A DNA stretch of 64,000 bases from an uncultured Opitutia bacterium (lineage in GTDB: Bacteria; Verrucomicrobiota; Verrucomicrobiia; Opitutales; UBA953): assembly GCA_903855995.1 (NCBI GenBank), contig CAIOAN010000013.1, positions 78,875 to 142,874 of the forward strand, written 5' to 3'. This document shows positions 37,858 through 47,187 of the stretch, piece after piece. Both the position numbers and the translations under genes were made by a program. The notes beneath the pieces are model-generated. The model did not search any database and was not told where the DNA came from. It was given only the letters and a program-made list of their open reading frames with translations. How positions within the stretch are numbered: the stretch's first letter is position 1; each line of letters opens with the position of its first letter.

Positions 37858-39480
37858 ATGAGCGAACCGCTTGAATCTGGCAGCATCGATGCTCGCCCAG
37901 ACGCCGGCATTTTTAATGTCATCCGGCACCTCAATTATAAGGCGCAGTACGCGTTCGCCGAATATATTGATAATTCCATTAGTAGTTTCGAGGAGAACAA
38001 GGAAGCGCTCCTCGAACTCGACTCTAGTTATAAGCTGCGAATCGATATCGAGGTAGGCCCTGAGGAGATCAGGATCAAGGACAACGCAGGCGGCATTCCC
38101 CGCGAACAATACGCCCGCGCCTTCAAGACCGCCGAACGTCCGCCTGACCCCAAGAAAGGTCTCAATGAGTTCGGTATGGGCATGAAGACCGCCTCCATCT
38201 GGCTTTCCAGCCATTGGACCGTCATCTCGAACGCTTTGGATGAAAATGAAACTGGAACCGTCATTTTCGACGTCCAGCAGATGATCGATACGAAGACCAC
38301 CATCATCAAGCCGTCCTGGAAAACCAAGCCGAACGCCAAACACCACGGCACGACGATCATCCTGAAGGAGCTAAATCGGCGGATCGCCTCCCTGCCCTCC
38401 ATCAAAGAGCATCTGGGTGAAATCTACCGCGGCTACCTTCGCAGCAAACTTGTAGACATCCGTATCTATCGGACTGGTGACAGCGAGAACGACCCCGAGA
38501 GCATCGTTGCCTTCGAGGAAATGAACCCCCTCGTAGCTAAAGCCGCCTACCCGAACGGCCCCAAGGGCGAAGTCACCTGGAAAAAGGACGTCAAGTTCAC
38601 GCTGCCCGGCGGACAGACGGTCTCTGGCAATGCGATGGTCCTAGAAAAAGGCAGCACCGGCAAGGCAGGCCTCTACCTATTCCGACGCAAACGCCTGATC
38701 ATTGGAGCCAGCGACTCTTACCGCCCTTTCGAAATCTTCGGCCGTTCGACCACCTTCCCCTACCAGCGTATCTACGGAGAACTTCACCTGGACGGCTTCG
38801 AAGTCACCCACACCAAGGACGACATCATTTGGGGATCCAATGGGGACGACGAAGAAACCTTCATCAAGGAGGTGAAGAAAGCCCTGCAGGAGGGTGGACT
38901 CGACCTGCTCATGCAGGCCATGAATCACCGCGCAAAGAATATCGAGGAAAAGGATAAACTCCGCCTTAAGGTCGAAAAAGAAAACGAGGAGATTGAAAAT
39001 GAGATCGTCAAAAAGAAGGAAGGCCTGACTGACTTCACTGACGACGACCTCCTTCCAAGCGAGGAAGAAACAAAAACCGGAAAGGATAACCCTCAAGAAC
39101 TGGCTCCGACCTTTGAAGTCGAAAAAATCGGCGCGAGGGAATTTAGTTTCCCCATCGAAGGCACTCATTGGCATTTCCTTATTTCCGTTGAAAAGAACAG
39201 TGCCGACACCGCGCTGTTCAAGACCTCTGCCAAGCGCGAGACGGATCGTGAAGGAAACAGCAAGGTTAACTGCAAGATCACCATCAACGCCAACAACCGT
39301 TTCGCCCTCAACTACCTCAATCGAAACGAAGAGTTCTACGAAGTTATCCTACGCTTCGCCGTATCGAGCTCATTCGCCAAGGCACGTTGCGATCAGGCCG
39401 GCCTTGAGTATACCAATGCCTTCCTCCGCTACATGAACGAAAGCCTCACCCTGCTCGACGGTAGCAACAAGAATTCCTAA
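37858..39480 (+). CDS. GHKL-superfamily ATPase (HATPase_c_3 / MORC-like)
   Basis: 540 aa. N-box AEYIDNSISS, G1 IKDNAGGI, G2 NEFGMGMKTAS. Confidence 0.8.
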   Translation: MSEPLESGSIDARPDAGIFNVIRHLNYKAQYAFAEYIDNSISSFEENKEALLELDSSYKLRIDIEVGPEEIRIKDNAGGIPREQYARAFKTAERPPDPKKGLNEFGMGMKTASIWLSSHWTVISNALDENETGTVIFDVQQMIDTKTTIIKPSWKTKPNAKHHGTTIILKELNRRIASLPSIKEHLGEIYRGYLRSKLVDIRIYRTGDSENDPESIVAFEEMNPLVAKAAYPNGPKGEVTWKKDVKFTLPGGQTVSGNAMVLEKGSTGKAGLYLFRRKRLIIGASDSYRPFEIFGRSTTFPYQRIYGELHLDGFEVTHTKDDIIWGSNGDDEETFIKEVKKALQEGGLDLLMQAMNHRAKNIEEKDKLRLKVEKENEEIENEIVKKKEGLTDFTDDDLLPSEEETKTGKDNPQELAPTFEVEKIGAREFSFPIEGTHWHFLISVEKNSADTALFKTSAKRETDREGNSKVNCKITINANNRFALNYLNRNEEFYEVILRFAVSSSFAKARCDQAGLEYTNAFLRYMNESLTLLDGSNKNS

Positions 39481-39481
39481 C

Positions 39482-41620
39482 ATGACCTACGACCCGAAAC
39501 CTGGCGAGCTGACGGCGATTTTCCGCAAGGGGATTGATATCCCGGAAAATCAGAAGGACATCCTCGTCGAAGAATCCCTGAAAGTAATCAAGGCGGCGGG
39601 CCCTTCGTCACCCGGGCGCCAAAACGTCGGCCTTGTCGTCGGCTACGTCCAGAGCGGCAAGACCATGAGCCTGACCTGCGTGTCCTCACTGGCACGCGAC
39701 AACGGCTACGGCCACATCATTATCCTCTGCGGGGTTACCAACGAACTTTTCGCCCAGAACATGAAGCGGGTCGAGGATGACCTCATCCTCCCAAGCAAGA
39801 AGAACTTCTTGGCCAAAGATAACCCAAAGAAAACAGAGGCTGACTTTTATCGCGGAAAATTCCGTCTCTGGAAATCATCGAAGGGAAAGAATGCTACCGT
39901 TGTAACGTTCCTGCTGAAGCACTCCAACCACATCAACAATCTGGCTACACTACTTCACAACGTGGGCAAAGACGCTGAAGGGATACCCACCTTGGTGATC
40001 GACGACGAGGCACATATGGCCGGCCTCAACACCTCCTTTAGCAAAGAAGAGGAAAGCAACGTCTACAAGGCGCTCAAGAACCTGCGCTCCAAGCTCCCCG
40101 ACTACGCCTACCTCCAATATACAGCCACTCCGCAGGCCCCGCTGCTCGTTCACGTAGCCGACTGCGTAAGCCCTGAGTTCGCCGTCGTGTTGACACCTGG
40201 TGATGGCTATGTCGGCGGACGTCAATTCTTCCCGGAGAAGTCCAACAAGGAACTCATCATCGACATCCCTGAAAAGGAGTTACCTGAATCGAAGAACCCC
40301 GATCTGCCCAATTCTCCGCCTGCCAGCTTTAAGGAAGCCCTCCAACTGTTCCTCGTCGGCGTGGCCGATAACCTGGCAAAAGATCAGCGCGACACCGAGC
40401 GTTCGATGCTCATCCACCCCCACAAGGAGACGAAATGGCATTGGCGCTACAGTGAACTCACCAAAGACTACCTCAACTTCGCTTACGAAACGCTTACTTA
40501 TGATGACGAAGACGACAAAGCGGCGCTCATCAAGGAATTCAGCAAAGCTTACAAGGAACTGAAGAAAACTTGCAAGAACCTGAGCGGCTACGACGATATC
40601 GTCGCGTCGTTGCCTGAGGCCATCGAGCACGCGAAGTCCGGGATCATCGTCGTCAATTCGACCAACAAGGAAAAGATCCAGTGGACGATCGCCAACATCC
40701 TGATCGGTGGCGAGATTCTCGGCGTAGGCTTCACCGTCAAAGGACTGACGATCAGTTACATGCTACGGACCTCGCCCAAAGGCCAGATTGACTCCATGCA
40801 ACAGCGAGCCCGCTTCTTCGGCTATCGCGGCAAAGATCTGAGTTTGACACGCGTCTACCTCTCCGAAGAGACCCATGCGGCTTTCCGTGACTACGTTAAG
40901 CACGAAGAAGGCACCCGCGAAGAATTGAAGAAGATGCAGAAAGCCGGAAAATCACTCAAGGAGTGGCGTCGCCATTTCTTGATCCGGGCCGGCATGCAAT
41001 TAACTCGTAAGAACATACAATCGCTGCTGACCCAAACCTCCGACCTTGCCAAGATTACTTACCCGATGCATCCCTTTGTAAAGTTCGAGGAGCATAACCC
41101 CGCGCACCTGAATCTGCTCGAAGAAGTAGAAAAAAAATGGGGGCTAAAACTGGATAATGCTACGAAAAAGAACTGGACGGAAGCTCAGCAGCATCTCTCC
41201 GGTTACATTGATGCTAACGTTGTCCTCGATGATATAATTGCTAAGTTCAACTGGAGTCATGAAAACGACGGTGCAAGATGGGATGCTAGTTTTTATCTCC
41301 TAAAACTAATGATCGAAGAAGGAATAAAAGACGGGAAGAAAATGGAGTTCAAAGTCATGGTCATGCGACCCTCTGAACGAGGACAGGGTGAACGTGGAGT
41401 AACTAATGGAACATGGGGCCTCCTACAGGGCCGCAGCCCTTCCAATGGCTATCCCGGTGACAACTCCATGGCCGATCCTGAAGTCACTACAATCCAGCTC
41501 CACTGCTACACCTTCAGGCACGGACGTAGCGATGACGTGATTGGAAGAAACATTGTTGTGCCCATCATCATTCCGGCCAAGCGGGATTCGAAGACCATGC
41601 AATTAATCATGCAGGCTTAA
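39482..41620 (+). CDS. Z1-domain P-loop protein
   Basis: 712 aa. Motifs GYVQSGKTMS and LVIDDEAH. Starts 1 nt after the GHKL stop. Confidence 0.75.
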   Translation: MTYDPKPGELTAIFRKGIDIPENQKDILVEESLKVIKAAGPSSPGRQNVGLVVGYVQSGKTMSLTCVSSLARDNGYGHIIILCGVTNELFAQNMKRVEDDLILPSKKNFLAKDNPKKTEADFYRGKFRLWKSSKGKNATVVTFLLKHSNHINNLATLLHNVGKDAEGIPTLVIDDEAHMAGLNTSFSKEEESNVYKALKNLRSKLPDYAYLQYTATPQAPLLVHVADCVSPEFAVVLTPGDGYVGGRQFFPEKSNKELIIDIPEKELPESKNPDLPNSPPASFKEALQLFLVGVADNLAKDQRDTERSMLIHPHKETKWHWRYSELTKDYLNFAYETLTYDDEDDKAALIKEFSKAYKELKKTCKNLSGYDDIVASLPEAIEHAKSGIIVVNSTNKEKIQWTIANILIGGEILGVGFTVKGLTISYMLRTSPKGQIDSMQQRARFFGYRGKDLSLTRVYLSEETHAAFRDYVKHEEGTREELKKMQKAGKSLKEWRRHFLIRAGMQLTRKNIQSLLTQTSDLAKITYPMHPFVKFEEHNPAHLNLLEEVEKKWGLKLDNATKKNWTEAQQHLSGYIDANVVLDDIIAKFNWSHENDGARWDASFYLLKLMIEEGIKDGKKMEFKVMVMRPSERGQGERGVTNGTWGLLQGRSPSNGYPGDNSMADPEVTTIQLHCYTFRHGRSDDVIGRNIVVPIIIPAKRDSKTMQLIMQA

Positions 41621-41667
41621 ATGCAACCCAAGCTCCTCAACCTTTAACACAAAGCCTATTATAAGAC

Positions 41668-42597
41668 ATGAGATTTGAAGACCGCATCAAGTCCTTGCCC
41701 GACATTCGACAGCAAGAAGGTCTTCTATGGTTCCATGAAAGGAGCGGCAAAGAAGTTGAAGTAAGTTTCCCAATGAAAACTAGCGGAGGGGTTTTCCTAG
41801 CCACCCAAGCAGCTGGCATCCATAAACCAGATTTCAGTGAGTACGTGCTCAGCATTCGCTCATCTTCAGGCAAAGGAGCAACCGAACTATACTCAGACAA
41901 GGCGCCAGTTTTCGAGGAGGATGGCTCATGGACATACCTATATAGACACGAGATACGAGGTGATGCCGACCCAGCAACTATATGGCGTAACAAAGCACTA
42001 CTTAAAAACATGCAAGACGCCGTGCCCGTCGCAGTCATCCTACAGCGCAGTGTTGGGGTTTATCAGATCCTAGGACTCGCCTATGTCGCAGACTACAATC
42101 AGAAAACTGGCTATTTTTTCCTGATAGGCAGACCGGCAGAAAGTAGCGTTAAATCGAACTATCCAGACAGCACCGGGGAAACCGTGGACTTCGAGGCAGA
42201 CACCCGGAAATTCCAAGAGATTCGCCAAGCAGTTCGTCAAGGCCAAGCCAAGTTCCGCATTGATCTACTAGACGCCTACGGTGCCCGTTGCTCGGCCACC
42301 GACTACGACGTCCGGGAAGGCCTAGAAGCAGCACACATAAGACCTTACCGCGGAGCCCATACGAATGAAACACGAAATGGCATCCTACTCCGGGCCGATA
42401 TCCATAACCTGTTTGATTATGGGATTGTCGGGATTGACCCCGACGCCTTGAAAGTTGTGCTGAACCAGCATGCCAGAGGGTCCAAGTATGAACAACTTCA
42501 TGGACAGCAGTTGCGGCTTCCAGATGACACTACATGCCATCCTGATCGTGAACTACTGGAACGGCACCTGAAGTTGCATGGGATAAGCTTGAACTGA
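41668..42597 (+). CDS. SRA/YDG-like (modified-base reader-like) N-domain fused to an HNH_2-type nuclease
   Basis: 309 aa. N-half has AAGIHKP ... LSIRSS ... LYSD ... WTYLY ... NKALLKNMQDAVPVAVI, resembling degenerate SRA blocks. C-half has GLEAAHIRPY ... NGILLRADIHNLFD. Confidence 0.65.
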   Translation: MRFEDRIKSLPDIRQQEGLLWFHERSGKEVEVSFPMKTSGGVFLATQAAGIHKPDFSEYVLSIRSSSGKGATELYSDKAPVFEEDGSWTYLYRHEIRGDADPATIWRNKALLKNMQDAVPVAVILQRSVGVYQILGLAYVADYNQKTGYFFLIGRPAESSVKSNYPDSTGETVDFEADTRKFQEIRQAVRQGQAKFRIDLLDAYGARCSATDYDVREGLEAAHIRPYRGAHTNETRNGILLRADIHNLFDYGIVGIDPDALKVVLNQHARGSKYEQLHGQQLRLPDDTTCHPDRELLERHLKLHGISLN

Positions 42598-42635
42598 TCC
42601 ATAGACGCAAAACTTAGTCGGCCCCCAGACATTAA

Positions 42636-42650
42636 CCATCATCTAGATGG
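42636..42650. promoter_or_regulatory. operator-like palindrome upstream of the second methylase
   Basis: ccatc-atcta-gatgg, including the perfect 10-bp palindrome catctagatg (42640-42649), ~70 nt upstream of ATG 42719. Same half-sites as 43976-44001. Confidence 0.35.
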
Positions 42651-42718
42651 TAAAGTGATTAATTGTGTTCGACAAACGGCATCGAGAAACATAGTGTTCA
42701 GGCGTTCACCATACTTTC

Positions 42719-43966
42719 ATGGACAGCGTACCTTCTTACCTTACTCCCACCCTGCCCTGGGATCAGTTCGCCCTGGATGATCTGGCAACGCTAACCCACA
42801 AAGCCCACCAACCCAAGTTCTTCAAGGAGGAGTTCGTGACGGAAGCCGGCGAAAGCGAGACCCCTGCTCCATTCGCCAAACTGAAGCCAGCCTTCAAAGA
42901 GAAGCCGACGACGACATTCACGTTCATCGACCTCTTCGCAGGCATCGGAGGTTTCCGTGTGGCCGGGCAACACGTCATGGGCTCATGCGTCTTCACTAGC
43001 GAATGGGACAAGTATGCACGCCGGGCATACTTCATGAACTTTGGCCAAGTACCGTTCGGTGATATCACCCAGTTCACCAAGTCGGCCGAAGCCTTAAATC
43101 GCATCCCACCTCATGACGTTCTGTGTGGAGGCTTCCCCTGCCAGGCCTTCAGCATCTCCGGGAAGCAAGAGGGCTTCAAGGACCCACGCGGCACGCTGTT
43201 CTTCGAGATCTACAAGATCGCGAAGCATCACAGACCCAAGGTGCTCTTCCTTGAGAACGTTAAAAACTTCGCCCGTCACGACAACGGCAACACGTTCAGG
43301 ACGATTAGGCACCACCTCGAGAAGAAAATGGCCGAAGAAACGAACGGCGAAGTCAGCTATCGCGTCTCGCACGCCGTGCTTAATGCGAGCGACTTCGGAG
43401 CCTCGACCAAGCGTGAGCGAATCTACCTGGTAGCCGTACGTAGCGACCTGGCAGACGATGAATTCAAGTGGTCCGAGTGGCTGGATCTCTTCGGTAAGTT
43501 AAATAAGCGTAAGAACATCAAACCGCGCTATCTCCATGAAGACATCCAGCCCAACGCTGAGATCGACAAGGGACTCTTGAACAAGCTGACGCTCAAGCGT
43601 GACGACTTCGAGTACGGCAAGCGCAACCTGCCCGAAGCCACGAAGCCACTTCGGATCGGCATCATGGGCAAGGGCGGCCAGGGGGAACGCATCTACTCGA
43701 CGAATGGACACGCCATCACCTTCTCGGCATACGGCGGCGGCGCGGCCTCAAAGACCGGCGCCTACTACGTCGATGGTCGGGTCCGTAAGCTGACTCCCAC
43801 AGAATGCGCCAGGGCTATGGGCTTCCATGGCATGAACGTGAACACCGGAGACGTCCCCCTGCTCCAGCGCTATAAGCAGTTCGGTAACAGCGTGGTGGTC
43901 AACGTCGTTGAAGCTATCTTCGCCGAGATCAAGCGCCACTGGCTACCCGATCCGAAGAGGCGTTGA
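42719..43966 (+). CDS. DNA (cytosine-5)-methyltransferase (second copy, different lineage)
   Basis: 415 aa. Motifs FIDLFAGIGGF, GGFPCQAFSISGK, LFLENVKNF, QFGNSV. Has a ~60-aa N-terminal extension. Confidence 0.9.
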   Translation: MDSVPSYLTPTLPWDQFALDDLATLTHKAHQPKFFKEEFVTEAGESETPAPFAKLKPAFKEKPTTTFTFIDLFAGIGGFRVAGQHVMGSCVFTSEWDKYARRAYFMNFGQVPFGDITQFTKSAEALNRIPPHDVLCGGFPCQAFSISGKQEGFKDPRGTLFFEIYKIAKHHRPKVLFLENVKNFARHDNGNTFRTIRHHLEKKMAEETNGEVSYRVSHAVLNASDFGASTKRERIYLVAVRSDLADDEFKWSEWLDLFGKLNKRKNIKPRYLHEDIQPNAEIDKGLLNKLTLKRDDFEYGKRNLPEATKPLRIGIMGKGGQGERIYSTNGHAITFSAYGGGAASKTGAYYVDGRVRKLTPTECARAMGFHGMNVNTGDVPLLQRYKQFGNSVVVNVVEAIFAEIKRHWLPDPKRR

Positions 43967-43975
43967 CTGAGCAAT

Positions 43976-44001
43976 CCATCTAGGAAGAATCAACTAGATG
44001 G
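43976..44001. promoter_or_regulatory. inverted repeat overlapping the start codon of the 540-aa gene
   Basis: ccatctag-N10-ctagatgg. The ATG at 43998 lies inside the right arm. Confidence 0.35.
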
Positions 44002-45620
44002 AGGATAAAGAAAGTAACGCCAAGAAAGGTTCTGATGCCGTCGATGAGCTCATACAGCTCCTTAAAGCGGGTGACCCTGCCCTGCTGCTGGCATGCTACA
44101 GCATCATTAAAGTCCTTGATCCAGAAATGCCAAAAAACTGGGGCCCTGCCGTTGAGCGAATCAGCAAGGTCACAGGAAAACTTAAAAGTGACATACAAGT
44201 GTCGTTCACGGGTACTAAAGTTACGCTCGCCATCGCAGTAATCAGCGCAGGAACAGGCGGAGGTAATCAAGTAGAACGAAAGCCTGTAGACGACTATCGG
44301 ACGGACCAAGGACTGCCCGACGACCTCATACGGATACTGAAATTGTTCACCGGCGCCACGAAGCCTAACGAAGTGGCTCAGACTGAATTCGTAAAGAACG
44401 CCGACCTAACCAAAGGCCATGCCTACTTCAGGGACCTCAGCCGTGAGAATAAGGTGAAGCTGATTCGCTATCTCCGAACCCACCGGAACACCCTGGTTGA
44501 ACGCGCCCTCCTCGGCAGGGGCGACGCGATCATCGTGGATGGCAAGAAGGTGGGCGTAGACCACGTCAACCTCTTCGCCTTTTACGACAAGCAAAAGCCG
44601 GCTGACAAGGCATGGAGTTACGTCGCAGCAAGCGATGTTATCCAGTCCGTGTTCACTACCGACGTCCAGCCCTCCAGCCGCGGTGAACGTCAGATTCAGA
44701 TCGGACACGGAATCACCCTGAAGCGGTATGGGGGCAGCCTATTCACCGGAGATACCTCGATCAAAGATCACCTTCAGATTCAGATTAGCCCAAGGAAAGT
44801 ATTGGCGGAGTCTACGGACTGGCACCGGTTCAGGGCATTGACCGAGCACCTTTCCTTCGAGATCGATGACAAGCTCTCCAACGCTCAATCTGAAGCGGCA
44901 CACAGAGGATTAGAGGCCGAACAGGCCCTTATCGAAAAGATCAACCGACATGATCCAGACTGCCTGTGGATCGTGGAGGAATGCTGCGAAACTGAGGGGT
45001 ACGGTAATTTCAAAGCGAAGAAACCCGGAAACAGGGAGAAACCTGACGTACTTATTTACGATGACCCATCTAACATCCTAGCGATGAAGGGCATCTCGAT
45101 GAAAACTTACAAGCCGGAGGTTTCATTCAGCCAGGCAAACCGGGGGTCCCTCGAGACATACGTAGAGGAACTAGGCATGTCCTATGGGGTCGCGGAAACC
45201 CTCAGGGCCTTCGTCGTGAAGAACCATAAAGGTGAGCGAACCATGCTCAACGAGGCTCCCGTATCGGCACAAGATGAGCTGCTTAGATTCTTCCAGCTTT
45301 ACCAACGACAGATCATCTCTCACGTACTGCGGGGCAAAGCTAAAGGGGTGCTAAAAGCAGACTGGCTACTGCTGCATGAGACGATAAATGAAGATTGGAT
45401 AAGCAAGGTTGGCAACCGGGACTACTGGCATCTCTACCCCATGGCCACCGTCATTGATTGCTGCTGCACCGAAGCCCCATCGATAACGAAAGCAGGCAAC
45501 ATGATCCTAGGACTTGGCCTAACCCTGCAACGCAAGGGCGGCGACGGCGGGGCGAAGTCTGCTAACGACCTACAATTTAAGCTGAATCCAAAGTTGATTC
45601 ATGAGGCTTTGAGAAATTAA
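43998..45620 (+). CDS. hypothetical protein with internal duplication; candidate restriction partner of the adjacent methylase
   Basis: 540 aa. The two halves end in similar blocks (GHGITLKRYGG...DHLQIQISPRKV and GLGLTLQRKGG...NDLQFKLNPKLI). There is a weak PD..(D/E)xK-like stretch EKPDVLIYDD...GISMKTYK. No family recognised. Confidence 0.55.
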   Translation: MEDKESNAKKGSDAVDELIQLLKAGDPALLLACYSIIKVLDPEMPKNWGPAVERISKVTGKLKSDIQVSFTGTKVTLAIAVISAGTGGGNQVERKPVDDYRTDQGLPDDLIRILKLFTGATKPNEVAQTEFVKNADLTKGHAYFRDLSRENKVKLIRYLRTHRNTLVERALLGRGDAIIVDGKKVGVDHVNLFAFYDKQKPADKAWSYVAASDVIQSVFTTDVQPSSRGERQIQIGHGITLKRYGGSLFTGDTSIKDHLQIQISPRKVLAESTDWHRFRALTEHLSFEIDDKLSNAQSEAAHRGLEAEQALIEKINRHDPDCLWIVEECCETEGYGNFKAKKPGNREKPDVLIYDDPSNILAMKGISMKTYKPEVSFSQANRGSLETYVEELGMSYGVAETLRAFVVKNHKGERTMLNEAPVSAQDELLRFFQLYQRQIISHVLRGKAKGVLKADWLLLHETINEDWISKVGNRDYWHLYPMATVIDCCCTEAPSITKAGNMILGLGLTLQRKGGDGGAKSANDLQFKLNPKLIHEALRN

Positions 45621-45654
45621 TGGACATTATAGACATGAGTGATTGATTTAAAAA

Positions 45655-47187
45655 ATGCCCCAGCCTGATACCAAAACCAGGAATGTATGGATCCTAAAGA
45701 ACAACGGATCAACACCTGAGCAAATTAAGGCCATGGTAGACAAAGGCCGATACGAATTGGACATAGGGCCTTACTACGGTGCCTCAAATCCATTGGATTT
45801 TGAGAATAAACGTGAAGAGTTCATCTCTGCTTGCAATAAAATCGCCCAAGAAGATCGAAACAAATCTAATTCGAAAACATACTTTGGACGTCAACAGTGG
45901 GACCTCTGCTGGGCAGTTAAGCCAGGCGACCGCGTTGTCCTCGTCGACCGAGCCGGCAAAAAGTGGAAAGGTTCATACATAGTCTCAAAGGGTACAGTTG
46001 TCGGGAACTATAGGTGCGAGCAGTCAGACGTCGGCTTTCGACATACGATCGATGTCCAATGGGACGGCAACTTCACCGAGATCGCAAAAGAATCAGACGG
46101 CTTCGAGATGAACATGCTCATGGTAATTGATGCTACCAATGATGCTGAACTCCTTAAACGCATCGGCGAAGCCGAACCAATCTCAAACAAAAAATATACT
46201 CCAATGTCTAAGCCCTTAAAACCACGTCCTGCAGCCAGATTCAAAGGCCCACTTAATATTATACTTTGCGGGCCTCCGGGAACGGGGAAGACATATAACA
46301 CGATCAATAAGTCAGTGGCACTATGTCACAGCAAAGATGACCCGGAGTGGGCCATGCCCTCAGACGACAAGCGTGATGAGTTGGAACGTGAGTTTCAAAA
46401 TCTTATAAATGAAGGACGTATAGAGTTCGTTACGTTTCACCAATCCTACGACTACGCCGACTTCATACAAGGCATCCGCCCGAGCCTAGACAGTGGAACC
46501 GTGACCTTTAATCACGTACCGGGTCCGCTTAAGCGTATCGCTGACAGAGCAGCCGAAAGCTACGATTCTACAACAGGACCAAAGCCTTACGTCCTTATCA
46601 TCGATGAAATAAACCGAGGGAATATTTCTAAGGTGTTCGGCGAACTCATCACTTTGGTCGAAGAAGATAAACGTGGCGTTAACGGCTATGAAGGCGGTCT
46701 GTCGATCTCGTTACTAAATCCAAACACACCTGGAGAGCGCTTCCATCTGCCACCCAACCTCTACATCATCGGAACACTCAATACCGCAGACAGGTCAATC
46801 CAAAGGCTGGATTCCGCCATGCGTAGACGCTTCGACTTTGAGGAAGTGATGCCAAATCCCGACAAACTTAGCGCGAACCCCTTGCTCGTCGACTTCCTCA
46901 AGACCCTCAACAACCGACTCAGGAAAGCACGACCAGATTCGGGGTGCCTAGTCGGTCACGCTTGGCTCATGGATAAGAATGGGAATGGCCTAACAATCGA
47001 CCAAGACATCTGTCGTGCGCTTAATAACAAAGTCATCCCGCTGCTTCGCGAATGGTTCTGGGACCAGTCGGATGAACTGAGAGAGGATATTCTCAACAAC
47101 GCCAGCCAATGCTACAACGGCGATGACCTTAAAAAGCTCACCGAAAGCGACCTCAAGGGGTTCCTTGAAACCTTCAAGAATACCTGA
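45655..47187 (+). CDS. mcrB: McrB-like AAA+ GTPase subunit of a type IV (modification-dependent) restriction system
   Basis: 510 aa. Motifs LCGPPGTGKTY, LIIDEINRGNISKVFGEL, IIGTLNTADRS. Has a ~200-aa N-terminal DNA-reader-like domain. Confidence 0.85.
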   Translation: MPQPDTKTRNVWILKNNGSTPEQIKAMVDKGRYELDIGPYYGASNPLDFENKREEFISACNKIAQEDRNKSNSKTYFGRQQWDLCWAVKPGDRVVLVDRAGKKWKGSYIVSKGTVVGNYRCEQSDVGFRHTIDVQWDGNFTEIAKESDGFEMNMLMVIDATNDAELLKRIGEAEPISNKKYTPMSKPLKPRPAARFKGPLNIILCGPPGTGKTYNTINKSVALCHSKDDPEWAMPSDDKRDELEREFQNLINEGRIEFVTFHQSYDYADFIQGIRPSLDSGTVTFNHVPGPLKRIADRAAESYDSTTGPKPYVLIIDEINRGNISKVFGELITLVEEDKRGVNGYEGGLSISLLNPNTPGERFHLPPNLYIIGTLNTADRSIQRLDSAMRRRFDFEEVMPNPDKLSANPLLVDFLKTLNNRLRKARPDSGCLVGHAWLMDKNGNGLTIDQDICRALNNKVIPLLREWFWDQSDELREDILNNASQCYNGDDLKKLTESDLKGFLETFKNT

